Source of the DNA: Perna viridis
Lineage: Eukaryota
Direction: 5' to 3'
DNA length: 64,000 nucleotides
Assembly (NCBI GenBank): GCA_037379345.1
Contig: CM074511.1
Coordinates: forward strand, 62,130,862-62,194,861
Positions 53,578 to 64,000 of the stretch are shown here, in pieces. Numbering within the stretch: position 1 is the first letter of the stretch; every line of letters starts with the position of its first letter. A model generated the notes under the pieces. It saw only the letters and a list, made by a program, of their open reading frames with translations. It was not told where the DNA came from and made no database searches. The position numbers and the translations under genes are program-made.

Positions 53578-55996
53578 ATGCTCCAAAGAGCTGTATGCCT
53601 TTAACCTTACGGTTTACAAAAAACAAACAAAAAAAATATTATGCCAGCAGTGATGGAGTACAAGAATCTGAGACAAAGAGTTTAGGTACAAATTAGGTAA
53701 GCTAATGTGCTTGTAATAAAGATGTGTAAGTACTCGGTGGTATGATTTATCAAAAAATTATAAATATGTGTATCTTACATGTAATTAAGCGATAAAAGAA
53801 TACTAATGAGTGGAATTTAACGTATACAGAATGTAGCGAATATATACCCCAACATATTGGTATACGTGTAATATAGTATATATAGTTGCATGTGATTATA
53901 TTGAAAACAAGTTAAATGCAATAGGGGTGAATTTTGCGTGAAGGAGAGTCCCCTCTATTCAAAGTTTACAATACCTTAAATATAAAATATTCTTACATTT
54001 ATTTTCACAGACAAGATCAGAGAAATTCATGGCCAAGCTTTCACAGGTATAGTACCCTGTGTAATCTTCCCGTTTGTTCCTTGTAACGTTGGTTGAAAAT
54101 GGCGATATCAAAATGTCACTTTTTTCCATTTTATTCCAGCTTTTGGGGCCTTTTGTTTCTTTCATACTTTCAATATGAATAGTAAAATAGTATGAATTTA
54201 AATTTTAATAATAAATTGTGTATCTTTTTACTAATATTTACTGTTTATTCAACTGTACTCAGAGTGAAGAGATAATGCATATCCTACACCATTTACCTGT
54301 CTTACACCCTCGCTTCGACATTTTAATATCGTCAGCTATCTTGTTTGAATGACCTGAATGGATAAAAGCATTGCACGGACCTAGATTAAGAGCTATACAT
54401 AGCTAGGGTGGTTAGGCTATCAGCTATTGGTTGAATTGGTTTGGCTATAAAGCTGGCGATTAGTTACTTACTGTGCTTGCTTTTAGTAGAGCTTGAATGG
54501 TTGTTGTTAAATGTACTTTGACGCTCGGTTAGAAACGCGGTTTAGCAAAGCGCACGCAGGATTGCACGTGTACACGAATATGAGAAGTAGTTATAGTTAT
54601 CTATTGGTCGATGACCAGATAATCAGATAATTTATAACACTGTAGATGATGTTACTCATATATTAGTATTAAGACAATGCTCAATTCAATGTAATTCAAA
54701 TGTAAACATTACAACTGAGCCAATGTAATCGCAAAAGTCAAAGCCGAATTTTAAATATATGCTAATACAGCCGTAGGGGTTTCCCTGGTATCGCAAAATT
54801 TGCATTGCATTCGCAGTGATTATTGCATGAAATTATTACTTAAACTACCCCATTTCAAATGAATCTTTTTTCCTGAGCATTAAAGTATTATATAACAACA
54901 ACCGTTAGATTAAGTTAACTTCTCCTCCGCTTGAAGCCACATCAATTTTGTCAATAGCTGCATCTTAGCCCTACTAATAAGTTTGAATAGAATAGATCAA
55001 ATTATTTATTAATAATACAATGTCAGTTCTAATTATTTTGTTGGAGAAGTAAACAAATCCACCGCATGCTCACAGGGAAAACAAGTGCAGTAATCAATTA
55101 TTCAACTGTTGAGTATTGTAACGATCTAATAAATATAAAGAGAATAATGTTTCAAGCTTATTTAAAAAAGATGAACCAAATTATCAGCATTTGCTGAACA
55201 TTCTCTTTTGTTTTTTTTTAAGTTTGTTTACCAAATAAAAATGAAATAGTTTAATTTTTATTTCATTGTAACAAATAAAGCAGAATTCTAGTATATACTG
55301 TTGTAATGGCTATTTAAAGCTCTGTTAATACAAGACGAAAGAACATTTTCTTAGAGCAAACATCCAATCTGATTTATTGCACATACTATTATTTACTGAG
55401 CGTACATGCATGAGATTACCTGCTGTGTACATCTTGTACTTCAGAAGTCGAGTCTTTTCCGTCTTCTTATGGACCTGCATGTTACATTTACCCACAACCT
55501 TTGCTAAATATCCTAATCAAAGGGCTACTGATAATATGACGAGTGCCCACGCAAACCTTTCAGCATTTATTGTGATGCGATCCTGTATTTTTACTTACTA
55601 GTTCACTAACTCGATGATATGGAGTAATTATTTATACGTTGCGAAAGTGCGATGTATTTATAATGATATCATCACAAATTTTGAAAGAAAAAATGCCTCA
55701 ATCAGCACAGGAAATATCTTCAGTCTTGATGAAACGTGCATTTCTCGCAACATTTATCTTTTTTGTTTCAGGTAAATGCATGACAAATAAACAAAATGCA
55801 CGTCATGTGGTGTACTTTATAAATCAAAGGCTATAGATTAACGACTGACATCAACTATTAGATATATACAAGCAAAAAAAGTGATAAGTTGTTTTGTGTG
55901 TCTGATAGATATCGTTAAAAAAAACATGAAAACAAGGGAAATCTTTAAGTGATTAGAAAAGTTGATTAGTACGTTTTTACAGATTCATTTTTTCAA

Positions 55997-56028
<32 letters not shown>

Positions 56029-59000
56029 GAAGTTAAGTGTTTCAACTAATGATTTTCATGTCTTGTTTATCAGATATTATAATTCATTCACACAATCTTG
56101 GTATCATTTACCTATAAAGTGAAATTCTTTTAATGTTTACGCGGTGGTTCTCTAGAAATATGAGCATTCCCCACCAAAAAAACAATTTTACATTGACATC
56201 AAGGGTAAAACGCTGACAATGACTTCTTAATATGATTTCTGGGTATCCATTATATAAGCTCAGTCTCTAATTTAGACAAAACAACGCCCCCTCACTTGCG
56301 CAATCGTCTACTTCCGTGTCGACTAATTTCTTCACTTCCGTCAGAATATTTTTTCAGCCATGTGCTACATGTATAGGACGTCGCTGGCGCTCCGTCCATA
56401 ATATTAATTTCGTAACGTTTCTCGACTTTGACAACATTTTGAAGTTATAAGATTATCTAAAGCTGAATATCTTTGGGACTTTTCGCAGTTCACTGTCAAA
56501 AGCTATGACGCTTTTTGGTGATGCAAATGAAAACTTAATTTACGTTCTCATTGAAGTATTTTTTTTTAAATAAATACGCCTTTTGAAATTTTATCTGTTA
56601 GTTTATGGAAAGCTAAAGAAATTAAAAACCATAGATAACCTAAAATCTATCCAGGTTAATTTTGAAAAAAATATAATATATATATATATATAACTTTATA
56701 ACTTTTCCCGAAATAATAAAAAAAAGCAATTGAAATGTGCAAAATTTATTTTTCTAATTACAAAAGATCAAGTTCTTCGGAATCCTTCAGACATCCAGTG
56801 CTGCGGAGTGTATGGAGTAATCTGCTTCACGAAAAACTGGAACATGCTTGGTGGGAAAATTGCTAAAGAACGATTTTCTAAAATTTGAATAAATCATCAT
56901 AATGCGGCAACTTTTGTCAAATCTCTACGCACGAGAATTTTAAATCGTCAATATTTTGAAATGCTTCGATCGAATTTGATTTACTCCTATTACAGCTGTG
57001 TAATGGTTCACTGTTAAGGTCTAATGACATTTGAATATCTTCGTGGTTGTCGTTTTTTCCCAAACATATAACATTATTTGCTCCATAAATGCTGAAGCAA
57101 GTACCATAAAATTTGTTTGTTGCATTACAAAATCAGAAAACGATCAAGTAAATGAAGGTTATATTCTAGTTATTCGATCAAGATGCCATTCAAACAAGAA
57201 CGATAGATTCTGAAGCAAGAATCAGGTAGGGTACTCTCTTCACTCTTTACAGAATGTACCATTTTTTTTCTTACCAATCCGTTGTACTACAAATGAATAG
57301 CTGAGTATGGTATTAATGATGTTACATAAGCTTATTATCATTATTATTTTCATCATGGATACCACATAGACTTATATCGAGTCTATAGACAGGGCTGATG
57401 CAAAGTTTTAATTCATAAAATATAATAAAAATAGGACTAATTTAGTCACATTATGTACGTTATGATAAGTTTCCATTCTATACTTTCTGTTCAGAATGCA
57501 TTTTTCAGAACCTAAGTATTTCCCCTTCATATAACTCTTTTACAATTGTGAAAGCAGAAATCTGATTGGCTGACCAGGAAGGTCTTTTTAACAGAAAGGA
57601 GTGTTGTTTAATCTTTATTGCAGTGAATAAACGAAATAATCAGTAGATCTAATTTCATTACCAGTATTGTCCATAGTAGTTTCACTTGAATGCATTATGA
57701 CTTCAGATACATCCCATGGACACAAATTTGTTGAATGCAAAAAGACCCATTCAGACATTTTATTCCTTGAATATCTTTTGAATGTCAATTGTATTGCAAG
57801 GAGAAATGCATTTTTATAACTTAATACAGTTTCATACAAGGGAAAACAGTCGTTGAAAAGAAAACATATTTGGTGAGATATCGAATCAGGACTGCCCGAT
57901 TCTATTGTAAAGTGGTACCCAAAGACTTCACTTTAACTATGCTTGGATGCTTTATCAGTACAACAACCCATTAGTAAAGTAATAAACACTGACAATCGAA
58001 GGAAACCTAGCAAAGTATTAGGCTGGTAATGAAAATTTGTATCGATTCTTGCCTTTTATTGCAATCATGGCACGCCAAGATCAAATATTTATTGCTTTCT
58101 TCGTAATGAGTTTAATTAAAACAATGGCAGCCAGGGTGAAGTTTAAGATTCTAAATTAAATCCCATTTATTTCAAAGGTCAAAGTTCGAAGAATTGCATT
58201 ACTTTGTTTTATTATCTTATGAGTTTTCTGTGTAAAAGCGTTCTATTCTTATATGTGTTGTAAACATTTAAAGTGCTTAAAGCAAACAATATGTTTACTA
58301 ATTTCGTACCAGACGGTACTATTGCAAAGTAAGTGCTGGCTTGATTTTAATTGTTTTAAAAATTCAGGCATGCCATAAATCGTGCTTGTAATATGTTTGT
58401 TTACAAAAACGAATATGTGGTTGCCCGTATAAGTCGCAAAATTCTGTTGTTTAACAATATCTTATTAGCAATAATGACTTAGAGCTACGGATTTCCTATA
58501 AGTCATTATTCTGTTTACTTCTGCAGAATGGATTTTGATCGATCTTCTTTTTTTGCTGTTTTATTAGTTATTCACTGATAAAAAAAACGACAATTCAACC
58601 TATCACGGGTAAATTGTTGCTGATACAGTGTAACTGCGTTTGTATGTAGGTGGCGTCGTCATCGCAATCTTGCTGTATTTGTCAACTATGAAGTTCGTCT
58701 CAACATTCGTTTCATGAATAACAAGACAAACGTGAATTGTTATACTCTAAGCAATTCAGTTGCCTTATCTATCCGACTGGTATTCATTACTATGCTTTCG
58801 TCTAGATACTGATTTTTTACATCTGGAAGGAGGCTTTAATGCAATTAATGCATTTTGCTTATCCTTTGCATGGATTGCAATCGTTCAATTTTGCAAAAAC
58901 TTCGTGTGGTTATAAATGACGCTGAAGTGACCTTTTTATTCGCCGGATTTAACAATCTTGTTGTATACGTTATAATCAGTCGACGTTTTTTATGAAAAGA

Positions 59001-59085
59001 ATTGATTTATTCTAACTTTTCAATGTTCTATTCTTTCATAATGTTCCATGTTAGCATAATAAGCGACACTGTTTTTGTCTTGCAG

Positions 59086-60156
59086 GTTGTTGCAATTATA
59101 TCCATACTTTTCATCGTTCTCTCAACAATTGCCTTAACTCTTAACACAATGCCACAAATGCAGATGAAAGGAGGAAAAGACAACGAACAGTTAGACATTG
59201 TAGAGGCAGTATGCATTGGATGGTTCACACTTGAGTATTTAGCCAGATTTTGGGCATCGCCAAATAAATGGAAATTTTTCAAAGGACCACTAAATATAAT
59301 TGATCTTCTTGCAATTATGCCATACTTTATTAGCTTAGGTTTAACCGAAACAAATAAGAATACCACTGAACAATTTCATAATGTACGAAGAGTTGTGCAA
59401 ATATTTAGGATAATGCGAATTTTGCGAATTTTAAAACTAGCAAGGCACTCGACAGGATTACAGTCTTTAGGATATACATTACAAAGAAGTTACAAAGAAC
59501 TAGGATTATTGTTAATGTTCTTAGCTATTTCTGTTTTACTATTTTCTAGTTTAGCTTATTTTGCCGAAAAAGATGTACATAAAACAAAATTCATCAGTAT
59601 TCCCGAAACATTCTGGTGGGCAGCGATCACCATGACGACTGTTGGATACGGTGATATATATCCCACAACGGTTCCGGGAAGGATAGTAGGCTCTGTATGT
59701 TGCGTTTGTGGTGTTTTAGTCATTGCCCTACCAATTCCAATCATAGTTAACAACTTCGCAGAATTCTACAAGGATCAAATGAGGCGAGAAAAAGCGCTCA
59801 AAAGACGTGATGCACTAGAGCGTGCAAAAAGAACAGGAAGTATAGTTTCATTTCATTCTATAAACCTGCGCGATGCATTCGCCAGGAGCGTTGATCTTTT
59901 GGAGGTCAGCATTAATGGTAATAGACAAAACCAAAGACGGGACAGTTGTGATGGATTTAGTGACGATGGGAAAGGGTCGGGTTCTCCTTGCGTTACCAAA
60001 TCTAGCACTGCAACACTAAAAGCTAGAACCGAAAGCTGTGATACTAAAAGTCTTCCTGGAACTCAAAAACATGGTACCTCTAATGTAGCAGAAACTGATG
60101 ACGATTGTCCCAATAGAATGACGTCATCACAACCAGTACTGAACACCAACCAACAG
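59086..60156 (+). CDS. Shab: Kv2/Shab channel, S1-S6 and proximal C-terminus exon
   Basis: S4 [21 protein letters not shown], pore TMTTVGYGD and Kv2-type S6 [11 protein letters not shown]. Donor CAG|GTAGGT at 60157. Confidence 0.96.
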
Positions 60157-61279
60157 GTAGGTACGCATATTTTTCTAATCTTATTCAACTTTTTTCCGTT
60201 ACCCTTTTTTTGCTATGAAAATAAACTCTTTTTTAAAGTTTTAAAAGCAATTCCATTTATGGTGCTTTTGGGTGATTTCTCACGCTGCTTCATTTTGCTG
60301 TATTTACACTCACAAATGTGTTGCATTTTGATTGATTATCTTGTGCATTTTTCCTTATGTTTAGAAAGAAAGCCTCACTTCTTGAAGTGCAGCATGCGGT
60401 TACTCTCACTTGCACATCTGAATTTTATGTTTGTGCTAATCTAAGCCTTTTCATACTGAACATACTTATCATTTATATTTATTTGATAACTGAACAGTTA
60501 TTTATTGCATACAACGACATTTTCTCTATGTCCCTTTTTAGTCGTGTCTCTCAGAGACAGAATGATTTGATTTATTTCTGGGTTTCTAGAATTCTTGAAA
60601 CTTACCAGACGTGGTTTTGGGACTTGGGTTATTTTTTGCTTGTCAGATAATGTTGAATGGTTGAAATTTTGCCTGATATATGTCTCTACAGTAATGGTAC
60701 CCTTGTGAATTATTTAGCTAAACATGTCACCATTATTTTGTTTAACCGAAATATCAGAGGTTAATGCTGAGGCAAAGTAGATAAAACTGTGGTTTATTCC
60801 CATATATATTGTCGAGGGATTTTTAATAACCATTTGTTTTGGTAGTTAGTAGCTGTATAGTACAGAAGAGTACACATAAATAATTAGATTTTCTCCTTAA
60901 TGATTTTCACAAAGGGAAAATTGTTTATATTTAACTGAATAATTCATATATATGACCAAAATCATGCAAACTCATACGTTGATGATTTTGACGTCCATGC
61001 GATTTTATACTAGTCTGTTGGTATAAATCAATAAAACAATTTTTTGTTATTGTGGTTTATCTATAGAACATGAATCGGTTTTAAAACTTTTTCAATTATA
61101 AACTTCGGATATTTTCTTTCTTTGCTGTATATAAGTTTTCACTTTTTAACTTTCAATTAAAATCCATTTCATATAGCTTGAATTGAATCTATAAGACAAC
61201 ACACGAACCGCAATTTCAAAATGAACGTATACGCGATTATACATAAAAAAAGTAGAAAAACTCTGAGCATTCGTGTGGC

Positions 61280-61950
61280 TCTCGTAGTTATACCCCTTTC
61301 CTCTTTAGAAATCATAAAGGAAACCATAAAGTCATTCAAATGGGCAAAGAAAACAAAAAAGGAGATGCCCAATATCATCATTTGATAAAGTATGAGTATA
61401 TGTGTGAAAGTTTCATTGAATTCAAATCTGCGGTTAAAGAGGAGTTTGGGATTAGTAGATCGTGTCCTTTGGTCGACCAATGACAAGGTCCATGTTTTGT
61501 ACCAGGAAACCCCGAAAGTTATTGAGATGGAAACAGAAAGTATTAAACAATATCTAACGAAACAGCTATTTTAGAGGAGTCACTGATTAGAGGATGTTCC
61601 TCCTTTGGTCGACATATGACAAAGTCAGTGTAAGAGGTGCATAATATTAATTGTGTCCTGTGATAAAGAAAGTGTGAAAGTTTGATCAAGTTATATAATG
61701 CCTTTCGGATTCGAAGATGGTTCTCCTAAGTTGACCAAAGACAAAGACCGTGTTATGTATCATGATATCCCAAAAGTCAGTGAGATGGGGAAAAAGGGGT
61801 ATACAATGGCATCATATGATAATGAATGAATTTCATTAAATTCTATTTAGAGGTTTGATAGTAGTTGTGGATTAGAACTTAGGACGTACAGACAGACAGG
61901 ATGTTCGCTATATACCTGCCACTTGAAAAGTGATGGGGGCTTAAAAATAA
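61280..61950 (-). mobile_element. Degenerate Helentron/HINE-like element
   Basis: (GACA)n microsatellite near 61890 and internally duplicated blocks (GTGTGAAAGTTT at about 61402 and 61672; CCC.AAAGT...TGAGATGG at about 61510 and 61768). Confidence 0.45.
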
Positions 61951-64000
61951 AAATCTAATTCTCTTTAATTTGTTAATTTGTACAATTTTTAAATTTTTGT
62001 TTACATATTGTTTTTCATCAAGCCAAATCACATGCAAATTTAGTTACCTGCTGGAGTGTTATCGCTCAGTATATGACTGGTTGTAATACTATACTTGCTT
62101 TTTGATTTATACCCACAATTATTGAACAGATGTTAAAAGCATAAATATGCCAACCTAATTTTGAAAGGTTTAAAATTGCTATATCAATTTTTAATTGGAC
62201 GCTTTGTAAAGTCAGTCCAAATTCAGCTTAGATTTCCAGGTTGACATTTAAATACACGCAATTGTCCTTTTAAGGCGGGCATAAAGTATCTAGGAGTATT
62301 AAAGCCTTAGCATTGCATAGCCTGACAATTCTTGAAAGTCTTGAAACTGGGAAGTTTAGCCCAAGAGTTGTTTATTGAACATGACATGAGCAATAGACTT
62401 TCATGGTTAGAATATTTAGCTGTCGGCCAATGTGGCCTGCAAAGAAAAATGTAAAAATATAAATGTTTTGCGCCAATTTGGCAGAATGAACAGATTTGGA
62501 TTCCGTTTTGCACTAAGGTTTTATGATATGCATGAGTAAATAACAGAAAAAAAAAACAAAAACAAAAACAAAAGGTTTCGTTGGTGAGGTATGCTTATAT
62601 TTACTTATATATTATGCAATATTCAAGTTGATTTGGTCAAGTTTATTTTCAGGGCAGAATTTAAAATAAACCGATCATACCCCTTACCACTTACAAAATA
62701 ATGAAATGCATTTTTCTTCTTTAGTTTGTTGTTGTAATATCACGCCAAGAGTTTGGGTCTATTACAAAACATGGAGCTAAATATGTGCTGGACCCAAATT
62801 TATGAAGTGCCCTGGTAGATGTATGTACCAATAGTCGTGAAAATCAATCAGATCAGAAAGTTTGAAATTTCCATTTAGTTTCTCCTGCTTGTTTTTTTTT
62901 TATATTAGAGGTTTCGAGTTTATTGACAATCAGCTTCATCAACTGTAAGCGATTGTTATTACATTGATTAGGGGGAATAAATTCATGTTTGCTTCTATTT
63001 GTTAACATTTTCATTACCGAAATGAGTTTGGTTTGTTACGGAAATGCATATTTGGTGTTTGTCTGATCTGGAAAACCTTGCAATAACATTTTTCAACTCT
63101 ATCAAGTTTATTTAGCAATCTTTGAAGTTTTGAGAAATTAATTGCTTAGCTTATGTGTCAGATAATCAATTTTAGAACTTCTAAATCCTCTTCAAATCCC
63201 TGAATTGCAGAAACTGTCAACTCGGTGAGCAGGTCTATCAATCCGATAAAGAAATCATCTATTGTAATTAATTGGGCAACTTGACTCTAAGAATACTGAA
63301 ACGGCTAATTTCCAGATCTCTTGAGTTAATATCTAGTTAGTGAACTGCCGAAATGCCAAAAGAAAATGTAATACACTATCATTCAGTCATTAAAACAGCA
63401 GAACAATTGAATGCATTCGTTTCATCATTCAGGAATATTCTGTTTTGAATCCAAATTCAAAAGACATTGTTAGGTACAAACAAGAGGTAAATTCTATAGA
63501 GGAATACTTCGTATCTAAATCAACCAAGTGTGCAGACTCTGATTAGGTTCATAGCAAAAACTTTTCATGTTCAAGATATAAAGTCCTTTAAATCAATAAG
63601 AATATCAAAACGGTTAATACCCTCCTGAAGTTTTCACAAAACTCATCCATGATTATAATATGAAGGTTGCGTTCCTTGTATGGACAATATTTTTCTCTAT
63701 GTTCCCTTTTTCTTCCAATACTCAATCTTTCTGTTATCAATTTTCAATCATCTACTCTTGGCGAATTCTCTCTTCTTTAATGTGAATAAAAAGAAATAAC
63801 TTTTCTTATTTTATGTGTTTACACATTTATGGACATTTTTCTTGTGGTATTTGCATAGGCTGAACTTTTCTAAGGCAACTTTAAAACTGCTCTTCCAAAA
63901 AAACTTATGATAATTTGAATGAGTTTTTCAAGAACTATATGAGAACCGGTTTTATTGAATTTATAGATCTTGAAAAGTTGATCAAAAAGATACAATTTTT

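Larger units (their letters stand above)
27478..59085 (+). other. Shab: 31.6-kb phase-0 intron of Kv2
   Basis: GTAAGT...TTTTGTCTTGCAG joins SMAAR|VVAIISILF in frame. Confidence 0.93.

Noticed and set aside
54380-54620. Possible internal promoter (ATTGG boxes, CTATAAAG)
   Set aside because: Such short motifs are expected by chance, and no downstream exon was identified.
60157-60444. Hydrophobic C-terminal tail of the 480-aa ORF (and its 59002-59085 N-terminal part)
   Set aside because: T-rich intronic read-through beyond strong splice sites.

Overview
AT-rich eukaryotic genomic DNA, most likely from a bivalve mollusc (inferred from the repeat content). The one host gene is a Shab/Kv2 (KCNB-type) voltage-gated K+ channel on the + strand. 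It has a T1-domain exon (26631-27477) and an S1-S6 exon (59086-60156) separated by a 31.6 kb phase-0 intron, plus a possible short upstream coding exon ending at 25278; the C-terminal exon(s) were not found. The rest is decayed mobile DNA: seven or eight fragments of a Naiad-type Penelope-like retroelement (PLE), a BEL/Pao LTR element lacking RT-RNaseH, a CR1/L2-type LINE with an internal 9x40 bp expansion, a ~510 bp non-tRNA SINE-like family (2 full and 4 truncated copies), tRNA-derived SINEs, Helentron-type non-autonomous elements, MITEs and a 2.3 kb 27-bp satellite. The most interesting signals are two candidate structured RNAs. The first is a ~100 nt multi-stem/pseudoknot motif in the PLE 3' UTR, kept with compensatory changes in two divergent families and coinciding with a recurrent truncation point. 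The second is a pseudoknotted 5' head on the non-tRNA SINE. All structures were folded by eye and are untested.
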